From Felis catus (lineage: Eukaryota), in the NCBI RefSeq assembly GCF_018350175.1, contig NC_058368.1:148430001-148494000 (forward strand): a stretch of DNA of 64,000 nt, written 5' to 3'. Under the pieces are notes generated by a model. It made no database searches. It saw only the letters and a program-made list of their open reading frames with translations, and was not told the origin of the DNA. Made by a program: the position numbers and the translations under genes. Every line of letters starts with the position of its first letter. The stretch's first letter is position 1. Positions 1 to 13,263 of this stretch are shown here, piece by piece.

Positions 1-1400
1 TGTCATAAGCTTCTCAAAAAATGATGTTAAAATAATTGAAATTGTGAATAAACATAAGCTACTTGACTTTTTTAAATTAGAAATATAATTTTAAAATAAC
101 TAACAACTTTTTACATTTTCCAAACTTGGATATTCCTGGTGGATAAAAATTATGTGATAGATACTTTCATGAGGATGGTAGAATTGTCTTCACATTAGTG
201 AAAAATGGGAAAACATAACCACTGCGTTGGTTAGTCTTATATAAAATTAAAATTAAACTCTCTCTATTGCATATATTGCATTCTTCTTTGAGATTGCTTA
301 TAAACAGTATGATAATGTATTAAAATGAAGTGATATAATATGCGAAATGGTTGTGACAAAGAAACGAAGTCTATTTCCAATTAAACATAAGTACCCCTAC
401 AATCCCTTCAAAGATGTATGTTTGTCTTAACGATAAAGTGCAGATGTTACTTTTCTGTAGAAGATGAGATTGAAAATTGTCACTATTTCTAATGCTGTTT
501 TCTCCATTCCTGATTATATTTTAAGAACTATAGTGTCTCTACAAAACCGCACAATTCAAAGTGATTTTCTTTTCTTTTATATTCTACTACTGAATATCTG
601 AGGAAATTAAGAGTAATATCCAGAATGCAAGGAGCACTATTACATATAGAAAACAGCATAATAACTATGGGGAGCTACTGAGGAAATTAGCTAAAGCATG
701 GACATAGATTAGAAATAACCTTGTTGCCTCATCTGTAATGCTAATTTTTAATGTATTTCATTTGGCTAAATGATTGTTTCACCACAAACATAAAACCCCA
801 ATAAATGTATGAAACAGTAGCTGATGTTAATTTTACATTGTTTGTAGCTCTTTAAATTATGCATCAGAATAATTTAAAAATTTTGAGATTGGTACCAGTG
901 TCTGAATTAGAGATAGTAACTACTAGCCCTTAGTTAAATATACATATGTTATGTGATATGCTTTCTCTACTTTTCTCTTCTCCTGGGATTTTGCTGTTTC
1001 CCCTTTATTTCTTGTCCATACATCCTTAAAACCTGTCTGAATCCCAATTTGTTAACGTCATTGGGTATGATTTAGCATGAGAAAAAGTTAATTTTTCTCT
1101 TCATTTTTTTGAATTAAAATTATTTACTTCAGAATTAACATGTTTGTCCCAAACGACTTAAAGATTCACAGTACTTTTGTAAAATATTTTTATAATATAT
1201 ATATTTTTAATATTTTGTTCCACAAAATTTTTTAAATAATTGAGATCCACTACATTCATAGTCATTGCATATTTTTAAGTTGCCCCCCCATCTGCTGAAC
1301 ATCTTAAAATGGATATTATTCAGACAAACAAACCTACTTCTTCCATAAACTTGCTTCTTATCTGTAACCTGCCTATTCTAATATTTTTATTAAAAAAATT

Positions 1401-1607
1401 AATGTTTATTTACTTTTGAAAGAGAGACAGAGACAGAGAACAAACAGGGGAGGGGTGGAGAAAGAGAGGGAGACACAAAATCAGAAGCAGGTTCCAGGCT
1501 CTGAGCTGTCAGCACAAAGCCCAATGCAGGGATTGAACTCAGGAACCTTGAGATCATGACCTGAGCCAAAGACAGAGACTTAGCTGACTGAGTAATCCAA
1601 GCTATGC
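1401..1607 (-). mobile_element. CanSINE (SINEC_Fc-type) nested in the tail of the adjacent SINE
   Basis: tRNA-derived head, CT-rich body and A-tail on - strand; flanked by 11-bp direct repeat TTAAAAAAATT (1390-1400 / 1608-1618). Confidence 0.92.
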
Positions 1608-1618
1608 TTAAAAAAATT

Positions 1619-1636
1619 GTTTTTAAGTGTATTTAT

Positions 1637-1689
<53 letters not shown>

Positions 1690-1851
1690 ATGAGCTGGGG
1701 AGAGGCAGAAAGAGAGAGAGGAGAGGGAGAATCCCAAGCAGGCTCCTCACTGTCAGCACAGAGTTCGATGCTGGGCTCAAACTCATGAGCTGTGAAATCA
1801 TGACTTGAGCCAAAATCAGGAGGCTTAACCAACTGAGACACCCAGGAGACC
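1619..1851 (-). mobile_element. CanSINE (older type) with expanded (GA)n
   Basis: CanSINE head at 1851, long (GA)n at ~1640-1685; outer repeat TATTCTAAT at ~1374 and ~1856. Confidence 0.93.
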
Positions 1852-2639
1852 AACTTATTCTAATTTTAATATTGGTGTTTGTTAGGAGGAGACTTTTAAC
1901 CTCAGAGTGACTTTCAAAGAAATTTAACTTAAAAAAATTAAAATATCAACAAACACATGAAAACACACCCTTGGAAAAGTAGGCATGTGTTCTTATTCAC
2001 ACAAGGTGCTAAATGAATGGTAATATTAACAATTCAAAAGGATAGAGTCCATTATTTTAAGTGATTCTAGTACCTAATGATTGATCACAGCCCTTCCAGG
2101 AAAACCAGTCAAGTTGAAAAAAACTTTAGACAAATCATAGGAAGTATTGGGACCATTATGGCTATTGTACGTATTTTGAGCCACAAAGCTGGAACTTGAT
2201 AATTAATACAGATTAGAAGTTTGTAATCATTAAATTAACATTTTAATAATCATTGATCAAATGTCCCTTCTGCAAAAATAAAAAAAAAAGAGCAAAGCCT
2301 GTAAATTGCTAAGTGGCAAACTTTGCTTACATGCTGATTTTTTTGGAATCAGAAATGGTGCTCCATAAATAAATGTTCATTAAATACTTGTATGAAACTT
2401 CTCTAATTTTTAATCAAATTAACTTAGACACAGTTTTAAAATCTAATAAATACAGAAGGAAATGTGATCAAAATAAAAAGGAAATTAAAAGCAAATAGTA
2501 TTAGTTATTGCTTCACCTTCTTGAGTCATATTCAGCATAAAACCCATTTAATTTTGCATATGCATATGGGACAGAGGGGGCTATTGGGATTATTCAGGAA
2601 ATAAGTTCTATACAGTAATATTATGACTTGGGAAATTTA

Positions 2640-2745
2640 ATGAATACCATTACTGCCATTTCACAGAATTTCAAGTGGGATGTAAAGTAACTGCTCCTGG
2701 ACCATTCAGAAGCAGTTGTTCTTGAACCCAATCTTAAATACCTAC
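2640..2745 (-). mobile_element. MIR fragment
   Basis: Degenerate MIR core (cattactgccatttcacaga...taaagtaactgctc...cttgaaccca). Confidence 0.45.
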
Positions 2746-4884
2746 ACCTACTAATCAGGTATATAATATAATATTTAATTATATGTTATAGTTTTTATAG
2801 ACTTTACAGATTATAATGATAGAAAATACATCATATCCAGACTTATAGCAAGGGACAGGGAGACCAGGGGTAATTTAATAAGGTTCAATCTGTAATTTGG
2901 CTGATAATCTGTTTTGTTTCCTAACAGTCTACATACAGTTATATGCAGTCTATATATAGTCTTACAGCATTAAAAAACCAGTTGCATATTAATAAGAAAA
3001 AATGATTTTTTTAGTATTTGGTATGGAGGATTTTCATGGGAAATTACCACTGAAATTAGTGGCAAACTGTAATTTGGTAAAATGACCCCAGTTTAAATTT
3101 CAAAAGGCCGTAATAGACAAATTTAGTATCTACAGCAATAAAATAAAATTATCAAATATATGATCGTCTATGTTGTGCAATTCATGTCGAAATATATTTC
3201 AATTAAAATAGAGAAATTTTTTCTATATTGACAGGGAAAGTTTGTTGTGTGGGAAATGTGTATAAAATCACAGGTTTCCCTTATATTTAATATATCCTTT
3301 ACATAGTCAAAGACTAAATTATTATATATTGTGTATCTTATTATTTGAGAAATAGCTTATTTTATTTAAGATATGAAAAAAATTATTTATGGGTTTGAAA
3401 TGAATGCTGTAAATTCATGCATGTAAATTCATGATGATATGCAGAAGTGAATAAAAGGATGAAAAAAATGAAGAGAAGAAAATTAGGTAAATTGGATGTT
3501 TTCTGTATATTTAGAAGATAAGGATAGATGTCATATTTTGCAATAATTTCTGAAGTACAATTATTCTTAGGTTTAGAAACAAAGTTGATGTGAACAATTT
3601 TTATTAATAATGTGATAATGATACTTTATTAAACCTTAAAATATATCATAAGTGAGAATAATTAACTTTTTTTGTACACTGTATATAGAGAATTAAAAAT
3701 TCTTGTTTTAGATGTTCCAGCTCATGTGTGTGTGTGACCACACATACACACACACACACACATACACACATGCACAAAACAAGTAAGCCTACCCAAAGCA
3801 AAATTTTAAGAAAAATGTAGTCTTGAAGATTACAAACTATTTTGAAAGTAAATATGTAATGGTTTCAGAAGACAAATATCTTCCGTATATAATAATTAAC
3901 ATAGATTAGATTTATAAGTGTGTAAAACACTTAAAAATCTGTAGTTCTGGTAAAAAACACTGTTTGAAGGACTAATTATGAAGTTAAAAACTCAGAATTA
4001 TTAGGGTTTCTGCAATGAGATGTTACATATTGTGTGGAAAAGCCTTAAAGTATTTTTTCTGATATGAATGACAGTATCTTGAAGAGAACCAGTAATTGTT
4101 TGTTTCCTTTGCCTCAGATTTCTACTGATGTCAGCTCATAGGCAATTACTCATCTACATATCCAAGAACATATTAGATTCCTAAATAATACCCAATAGAT
4201 TACTTGACTTTTAAATTATTTTTCCCTTCTCTTTTGGATATTTTTTCTAAAAATTGAGGGTGGGTATAAGTTGATATATGAGAAAAAACAAAATCAATCC
4301 CGGTTTGTGTTTAAGCCTATTCTTAACTACAACAACAGAAATCTCTTTCTAGAAAATGAAATGAAGACACAACAATAATGTGTTCTATGAAAAAAACAAA
4401 CAGTACATTAAAGAATCCCACAGTGTATAATATCTTGATGTGCAGGAGACATTTTAGGATAACTTCATATATAGTTTCTTAATAGGACATTGTTATAAAA
4501 ATATACAGCCAGAATGAGAACAAGGGAAAATGATAAAAACAACAAAAATTCAAGTTAAAAAATAGTTACTAAATTAAAGCTTATTATAGAAATGTAAATA
4601 TGCATAATGATTGAAAACTAACACAATTTAAAATAATAATGATAATAGCAGAAATCAAATTGTACTAAGTAAAATGGAGAATTTAATTGTAACTCTAACT
4701 TAAATATGTTAAATAATTCTACTCAATGAGGCATGAGAAGCTATTTTCCATTGATTTCTCAGTTAGGCTCAAATATTATTTTTTTGAAAACCAAAATAAC
4801 AAAAAAATAAAACCCACAAAAAACCAAAAGATCAACCAATATCAGATTTTTTTAATCTAGATTTTTAGAGGAAATAAATATTTT

Positions 4885-5035
4885 ATTTCATTTATTTAAT
4901 GAAAAGTATTTGAGTGCTTACTCTATGCCAGGCATTGTATAGTTATCAAGTAAGTTAAAAATATAGTTACTATCAATTAAAAATGATCTGGCCCTTGCTC
5001 TCATGAAACTTACATTCTAGATGGGGAGACAGCAA
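4885..5035 (-). mobile_element. LINE-2 (L2) 3' end
   Basis: Reverse complement of the L2 3' terminus: tatttgagtgcttactctatgccaggcattgt ... gcccttgctctcatgaaacttacattctagatggggagacag. Confidence 0.8.
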
Positions 5036-5048
5036 CTATATAAGTTAT

Positions 5049-5560
5049 TGCTGAGCTGAGTTCTGTGCACCACTTATCAATTCCAAGAATACTGGGTACT
5101 GATTATCAAAACCAGGGTAGGACTTTAAACATACCTCTTCACTGCATGTTGGTACCTTACTGACCAAGGACAACATAACACAGTCAAAAAGTGGATGGAA
5201 TAATGATTTACTTATTACACAGAGAAGAGACATAGCCAGATCGGTTTCAGTAAATGTGTGTCACTCTTGGCCACGATTTCTCTGACCTGCAGTCCTTTAT
5301 GCCACAGTAGAAGAAACCCTGTCTCCCTCCAACAGAAAATAGACATTAACATAGGGGTTGACCATGTTCCATATGACACACAAGCCTTAAGCAGAGATAA
5401 AACAGTACTCACTGTGCCTGAAACAGAAAGATATTTAATAAGCCTGGCACAGGACATGTGTGTTATCTCTTGGTAAAGATCTGTTCCAAGTCCTTGGACC
5501 ATTTTTATACAGTCCAGTAGGAGTCAAAAGACTATGTACATGATACTGTCTTTACCAACA
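5049..5560 (-). mobile_element. 3' LTR of an ancient ERV (ERVL-class LTR40/LTR41-like; family tentative)
   Basis: On - strand begins TGTTGGTAAAGACAG right after a purine-rich tract (GATGAGAGGTAGAA), carries an AATAAGTAAA poly(A)-signal-like motif, ends ...CTCAGCA, ~510 bp; lies directly downstream of an env remnant. Confidence 0.75.
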
Positions 5561-5689
5561 TTCTACCTCTCATCCATCAGTTGTCCATTGAAGCAGCAGA
5601 TACATAAAGCACATAAAACCTGGTAGGACCACTGCCCACCTTAAATTTCGAGATGCAGTCAAGTCCAGTGGGGCTCCTGAACAATCCAT

Positions 5690-6260
5690 ACTCATGCAGT
5701 TTTTTCTCATTTGTCTCACTTTGACACAGCACTTTACCAGGTCAATAAGAAAGCCAGACACAGAAGAATGACTAGTCCTCTCAGAGGATACTATTCAAAC
5801 AAGAGCATTGGCACACACAAGGTATTGGCAATAACACAAATGCCATTCTGTTCCTCTGCACATAACCAAAAGCTGTTTGGTTTTTCATCTCCAACTTTGC
5901 TCATGAGTTCAGTGAGTTTTGTTTGTCCTGAAGCGCTTGAATGGTAGTTTTAGTTTTCTTCACCGTAGTTAATAACAAGTTGTGTACCACTTTTTTTTTT
6001 CTTCTAGGGCAGGTATGCCTGTGCAAGGTATGAGGACACAGACACCAGAGCAGAAGCAGTTATTTGATGATTTTCCTAACAGTGTGCTTCAGGCAATGAT
6101 GCCCTGTGTCAGAAATGTGGGGCCCTTCCCTCTAAGAGTGCCATTTTGCACAAACACTTGAGGACATAAAATTTCCAAAAGCACACTGGATCTGAGGATC
6201 ACAGCACTCCATAGCCCAATATACCTCAGAGAGAAACCTATAACTTGAAGGAACACATGG
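5690..6260 (-). pseudogene. env: Decayed retroviral env (SU C-terminus + TM, gamma-type), frameshifted and partly deleted
   Basis: Manual - strand translation: HCLKH (CpG-decayed RLKR furin-like site) / VLIPCTGIPALE / KVVHNLLLTTVKKTKTTIQALQDKQNSLNS*AKLEMKNQTAFGY / AEEQNGICVIANTLC (ISD and CX6CC region, 5815-5859) / LRGLVILLCLAFLL..LVKCCVK (membrane anchor, 5720-5784). Confidence 0.85.
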
Positions 6261-6277
6261 AACTCAAAAACGAAAGG

Positions 6278-6502
6278 AAAAAGAAAGAAAATTTCAGATC
6301 AGTATCTGTCATTAACTTATATACAAAAGTCCTAAAAAGTGTAAACCAAATCCCAAAACGTATAAAAATAAATATACACCATTACCAAGTTGAATTCATC
6401 CCAGAAACGCAAGAATGATTCAACATCTGAAAGTTAATGTAATCTACTTTATCAACAAGCTAGGGGATATAAAAACCAAATGAATATATCAATTGATGCA
6501 GA
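6278..6502 (+). mobile_element. L1 ORF2 (start of RT domain) fragment
   Basis: Degenerate match to the L1 ORF2 ENYRPISL...HHDQVGFIPG.QGWFNI.KS..NHMIISIDAEK segment. Confidence 0.85.
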
Positions 6503-6583
6503 AGAATGTAAGAACTAAATGTTTGTTGTGTATAAGCCACCCAGTTTCTGGTGCTTTGTTATAGCACCCCAAATGAACAAGGA
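6503..6583 (+). mobile_element. MaLR (MLT1) LTR 3' end fragment
   Basis: taaatgtttgttgtgtataagccacccagtttctggtgctttgttatagcacc = MLT1 U5 terminus. Confidence 0.8.
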
Positions 6584-7020
6584 GAGTAAATTTATTATAC
6601 AACACTTGGTTAGAGAATGTGAGGATGTAGTCTTAGTGACCAAGGATAAAATGGATGGAAAAACAAAACAAAACAAAAAACATGTATAGACAACTGGTGT
6701 ATGTCTATTACAAATTAGGGTGAAAATCAACCCAAACCTGTTCACCTGTGATATAACAACTGCTACAACTATATGGAATTTCTTTACTTATATATCAGGC
6801 ACCACTCTTTGTGGTGAATTTTTGAATTCTTTGGAAAACTTTTTATAATAAATATGTTTTCATATTCTGGATGATTCCTAAATCTTTACCGTATATCTTA
6901 AAAAATTCAGCCCCATTAGAAAGCAGATAAGTCCATGAGAGGTCATCACCTAAAACATCAATACCTCAGTGCTATTCAGTTTCAATTTCTTTCCAGAAAG
7001 CTGATTTAAAAGCCCAGTGT

Positions 7021-7240
7021 GGGGGCACCTGGGTGGCTCAGTCCGTTAAGCATCTGACTTTGGTTCAGGTCATGGTCTCACAGTTCATGGGTTCAAGCCC
7101 TGCATTGGGCTCTGTGCTGACAGTTCAGAGCCTGGAGCCTGTTTCAGATTCTGTGTCTCCCTTTCTTTCTGCCCTTCTCCCATTCACGCTCTCTCTCTTT
7201 CTCTCAAAAATAAATAAACATTAAAAAATAAAAAAATAAA
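7021..7240 (+). mobile_element. CanSINE (SINEC_Fc)
   Basis: GGGGCACCTGGGTGGCTCAGTC head, CT-rich body, AATAAA-A tail; degenerate TSD ending CCAGTG. Confidence 0.95.
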
Positions 7241-7721
7241 AATTCCAGTGGGAAGACACAAAGAGTTCACTAGGTACTAGATGGATTGGAGACAGGATAT
7301 TATAAACCGAGGTTGTGATCTTCTGTGGCAACCAACAAATGTATTTAATGTTTCTTGGTGCTATATATAGTACTTTGGAACAGAGATGCTCATTAAATAT
7401 CCATTGTATTAATTAATAAATAAAGTAAAAAAAAGGAATTCCAGAACATAAAGAATGAAAATAATATAACTTTGGACAAAATATATTTAACAGTAATTAG
7501 AGGTGACGACAGATATTTCTTATTACTTCATTCTATGACCAGCATTCAGCAGAACATGTAATCTCAGGCTGCCTCAAAATGAATGACTGAAGACAATTTT
7601 CACACGTCAGTGGGCTGATAATTTTTTATTACATATAGTGATGATGCATGGTGCACAGTGATGACTTGATCAAATATTATGTCAGCAGTTATGTGAAAAA
7701 TGGTCCCAGTGAAAAGAAGTA

Positions 7722-7965
7722 GAATAGCAATAATGCTTAAAAGCACAGAGTCTGGGAGTCAGATTGCCTGGTTTTAAATTAAAATCCCTCTTCTCAGTAG
7801 CTTTTAGGCAAGGTACCTCATCTTTAAGATGAAAATAATAATAATGTCTATCTCATAGTTTTTGTTGTTTTTTTTTTGTGTGTGTGTGTGTATGTGTGAA
7901 GATTAAACAAGTTGATACTTGCAAACATAATAAAAAAGTGTCAGGCTTATAATAAAGGTCATGCA
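7722..7965 (+). mobile_element. MIR with internal (TG)n
   Basis: aagcacagagtctgggagtcagattgcctgg...cctcatctttaagatgaaaataataata...gtgaagattaaa. Confidence 0.75.
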
Positions 7966-10900
7966 CATGTTTGCACTGATGACTATCATACTTTTGTGCA
8001 GGATAAATGGGGAAATTATTCTCAGTATCAGTCTTCCACTATGCATTGTGTCATGTCTCCTTCCATTAAGGGGTGGAACCAATTCAACCTTTGTCTTATC
8101 TTCTCATCTCAGTCTCTCCATTTTCACCAGATCACCTTATTCACTAGTTTCACACGGGTAAAATCACCCTACAAACTCTAAATCATTTGTTAATTTCATA
8201 TTCTTCATACAGAATTCACTGTCTCTATTCTTCTCCAACAGTACACTAACCAGGCTAATAACACACTTTGATTCAAAACACATACAACTATTTTTCTTTA
8301 ATTCCATTTCTACCTCTGGATATAACTCCATGCCACACTCTCATTCTTGTTTACTTACTCTTTAGACCTGCTTTCTAAATCTTTACAAACTACTTTCTGT
8401 CACAGTAGTTATAAGCCCAGTGAAAATAATGCCCATATTCTCTATTCTGGATTTGTTTCTTTCACAGTTCCTCTAAGGCGTTAGACACAGAGTAGACACA
8501 TAATTAGACTGGATGACTAAATACGGTTAAAGTGGCTCAGACACTAGGGCAGCTATTGGTTTTGAACAACTATTTTAAATGGTTAACTGAGCATAATGTT
8601 TTATAATGGTTTTCACTCAATTATTTGATATACAAAAGTATGAAAAACAGGAAAATAATCACCATAGAATTGGCATTCATAAAGTTGTATGTATTCATAA
8701 GATCTAATATACATTCTTACATTAGGATACATTTTTGGAAATAAAGATAACCACTCCCAAGAAAGAAGAACATGATTGCATAATTCAAAATCAGTTCACC
8801 TAAGATTATAGGTGATGTTCAAATAGGTACATATTTCTTGATGTTCCCTTTGTGTGTATGACACAAATGATTCTGCAAACCCGTCTGTATCATTGACTGA
8901 AATAACCTCACACTGAGGAATGCTCGAAATAACCATTAACATGATTCAAAGAACAATAATGTTTGGATTTGTTGTAAGAGTCATTGCTTCTTATGACGCT
9001 GAAAGAGGTTAGTATACCTTATAGAGGTATTTGAATATTCGCTTTAAAATATTGCTCACAACAAAGGAATTTCATAGTGACAATTCTTTGGCAGTGCTGA
9101 CTGATAGCATCACATGCTACATCTTATGAAGTGCTTAGTAATCAGGTCTTCAAAGGCATTGAGCTCTAGTCAACAGAAGGAAGGGTGATTTCAATGACAG
9201 TATTCACAATAAATGTTCTCCTGGGGAGCATTTACATAATCATGGGAATGGAAATGATCATTACTTGTCATTTATTATTTTACTATGTCCCCTTGAAGAG
9301 TACTATGGATGAATATCTCCATCCACCTTCTTCATATATTACTCTAATAGAGCTCATCTATATGATCCGCTTTGTTCTCCATAATAACAACAGTTTCGAC
9401 TCTGAAAGAAACCTTTCATTTATGCAATTATTAAGCACATTTTAATGATTCCAGTAAAATAAGAAAGGAAACAAAGAGAAAAAAATGAATTCAAGAAAAA
9501 TCCTGTAGTAACAGAGTACACGTCCTTATGTGTACTCACTTCTTTTTTTTGAATTTTTGTTTTTTTGTATTCACTTTTTTTAAGTTCAAATAACCATGGG
9601 GAAGATTCCACTCTGAAATCAAAATGGCATTTGCCTTTGATTTATACATATCTTACATTGCATGCAGTTTCCTGAAATATTTTGTTCAAAATATAATTAA
9701 ATACCTTTTTTCTAAATACGTAATACAAATATGTTCATGTGAGGTATAAAAATATAACTAAAGAATCAAAGGTTATTAAAGTATTTAGACAATTCATTGC
9801 TAAATATTTTAGCATATTTAGAATATTCCCTGAATAACTTCCTGCTTAACTTCCTCTACTGTTTTATTAAAGGTATACTACTCAAGTGACCAGCTATAAA
9901 ACAAATGTTTCTTCTGGTTTTTCCCTGTTTCTATACCACCCTTGGGTGTGCTGTCTTTTGGAATAATTACGACCCATAAAACTTGCCCTCAGGGCCATAT
10001 ATTATAACTCTATTTGTTTGGCTCATTTGACCAAACCAGTCATAATCTAAGGAATTATTTAAAATTATATATCAAGATAGTTTACATGATTAATGTGTTA
10101 TTAAAAAAAAACAAAAAAAAAAGATGAGACAAAGTAAAACAGGGAGCAGACTATAAGACACATCCTCAAGTCCATAACATTAACTTAATCTGCTTATGAA
10201 GTACCAAAAAAACCCCCAAAACATCAAGGTTTGATCACCTGCCCAAAAAATGTTTCTAATCAACAGCTTAAATATACATATGCATAAGATACCAAATACT
10301 TATGATAAAAGACCACTACATCTAATTCCAAGGACAAAAAACATCTATATCCTTACAAAGATGATATCATGAACAAGATTATGATTAAGTCTATTAATAA
10401 ATAATGCATTGGACTATTTCTTTTTACCATGTTATTCAACATATGCTAATAGCATTCCATTAAAATATACTTTATAAAATGTAGATTAAACATTTATAAA
10501 CATATAATTTCCCATACATGGTCCTCTAATGATACACTGTAATCATGGCATAAATTTCATTTATATTTCTAGGTGGATAAACTACTATTTATATGTATGG
10601 TTGTTAACTACTGTTTCTTGCAAATAAACTCAGTCCACAGTGAATTTAAGCTCATATTCTTTGACATTATTAGGAATGTGACTATTGCTTTCTACAGGAA
10701 TCTAAGTATGTGGTAATTATCACTCCATTTATAAACCTATACCTGCACTTCAGTGAAGAATTCTTCCCTGTTCCACTTAAATATTTCACAGCAAACACTC
10801 AAAATTCACATCCAAAATTGTAAAGGACCTTTAGTCATCTGAAGGCTTTAGGAAAACTGCACAGTACAATTTTAAATGGATAAAATATTTAATTCTATGA

Positions 10901-11179
10901 AAACCTACATCTAAATTAATATAAATATATATGTTTCTGGAAGGATAAGTAATCAGTTATGCAATACATTTAACTAATTGTATATGGTGGACTTCTGTCT
11001 CTTGGGACAGAGGACAGAAGAAAATAAGCTATCTTTCTTTCCCTGGTTCAGAACTTATATCATCCACACATTTGTTTCTTCCATTAAAACAAATAAACAA
11101 AAAGATGTGTTGTGACTACTCATAATTTCAAACACAGGTACACATATTCTTTGACTTTATAAGTCTCTGGCATAGGACA

Positions 11180-11365
11180 ACGGATAAGAGAGCACAGGCT
11201 TTTGAAAGATGCCAACATTATTTATCCACCCCTTTCCACTACTTACTGCCTTTATAATTTTTAATTCCTTCAGTTTTAAAATAGAAATAATTAGAAAACA
11301 TTTCCTATGGAATTGTTGTGACACTTAAATGACATATGTAATAGAAGATATGCCTGGAACAGTGA
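11180..11365 (+). mobile_element. MIR
   Basis: aagagagcacaggcttttg...cttcagttttaaaatagaaataa...gttgtgacacttaaatga...tgcctggaacag. Confidence 0.65.
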
Positions 11366-12282
11366 ACCAAATATGTAGACAAAGTAGTAAATTGAAGGTT
11401 TCACCTGAAACATCATAATAAAATAGACTGAAATTCACATAGTTAGAAGCTGGAAATATGTGGACAAAAAGTGGCTTCACACATCTTCACCCTTTAATTC
11501 ATATCCAGGATATCAGATATCCAGGTAGACAAAAGAAAAATAGTTAGTGTATTTCTTATGACAAAGTAGCAGTGGGTCTTACCCCTTAATCCCAGAAGGG
11601 CCAAATAGCAAGTTTTTAACTCCTTTCCTCAAGCCTCAGTGGTGCGACTGAGATCATTTGTTGTGTGTTCCCTGTTTCTGAGGAATACAGTGATCTGGTA
11701 TCTGACTTCCATTTCAGGGAATTTGTAGAGCAACAGAAATGATCTGGCAAGCAGTTTAGAAGACAAAGCTGAGTTGTTGCTATATCTAGAAAGTCGCGAT
11801 AGGCCCAACTAAATGGCAAGTAAGAAAAGAGAACTAGTGTTTCCCAAGGAAAATTATGGACCATACATGAAACTATTTTGATGCTGTTTCAGGTCTTACC
11901 TAAAATGACTTACTGGAAAGATTCACATACTTGAGACTGTCACTGTGGAAAGGAGGTGTCAGAGTGCAGAGCTGACAATGGAGTGGCATCACCAAGATCA
12001 TATAAGTTTCAACGGGGGGGTCCCAGTAGAAGGCAACCACATGAGAAAGTACATCTGCACACCTGGGTGACAAGTACACACCCATTAGGTAAGTCTATGT
12101 GTTATTCTGAACATCACTTTCCCATGGACTATTTTAGGATTAAGCAACTTTAATTAACAAGTAAGGAAAGGAAAAAATACTAGGTGGGGAAGAGATGTAT
12201 AAAGGACTATGCTACCTTATCCACAGAAGGCAGCCAGACTTCAGTATGCCCCATGCTGGGAAAGAAGAAAGAAGATATTCAG

Positions 12283-12444
<162 letters not shown>

Positions 12445-13263
12445 GAGTTTCTGTGTTTAGAGATTCAACGGAAGCTATGGTTCTAAAATTAATGTTCTCA
12501 CTGCTCTGCCTAATATCTAAGTTTAAACAGATAAGTGATGGGTTATTTTCCAGTTTTTATGTAAGTAAGGGAATTACCCCTATTGGACACATTTTAAAGC
12601 GACAAAAAAATAATAAAAATAAAGTCAGGCTTTGATTACATCACATTCCTTTGGTTTGTTATTGCACCAATCACTTTGGTTCAACAAGCTATTTCTTGCT
12701 TTTATGTATTTGCTTTTAGAGCGAATTTATGTTTGAAAATTCAGTCTTGAGTTTATAGCTAAAATCTTTATTAAAGTCTATATAATATGCAAATTAATAA
12801 AACCACTATTTTTTGGTTCAAAAATGAGAATTTATTCCGATTCATACTAATTGCAAATTTGGATGAAGTTATCATTCTATTCTGTGGTTCTATACAAAGA
12901 GTTGAAATATGATTTGCTTTATTTATCAAGCTGTACTACTTTTGCTCCATTTGAATGTATCGTACATATACTGATCTCTGTGTTTCCAACCACCAAGAGC
13001 CCTGGAGAGTTTACTCTGTAATGGTCTGCAACATTCAACGAAGGCAATCATGTCAATGTTTTATTGCCTAGTGGTATATCAATGTTGGGCCCTATGGATT
13101 CTGAGAAATCTCATCAACGAAATCTGTAACCACTTTCATAACTTCAGGACACTAGAATTCAGGGTATTTCTTTGATAAAATCCAGATCAGGACATTGTAT
13201 TTTTGCTTTCCTGCTGTGAACGGTTTTCCACAATGGAAAAATTTTTTAAAAATAAAAGTTAGA

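Noticed and set aside
5180..5915. + strand peptides (MCVTLGHDFSDLQSFMP, GKDLFQVLGPF, WFFISNFAHEFS) superficially resembling bornavirus L polymerase, suggesting an EBLL element
   Set aside because: The same bases are explained far better by an ordered env TM + PPT + LTR on the - strand; the L-like matches are short, scattered across frames and consistent with chance
7021..7100. tRNA-like A/B boxes at SINE heads
   Set aside because: These are the tRNA-derived Pol III promoter of CanSINEs, not tRNA genes
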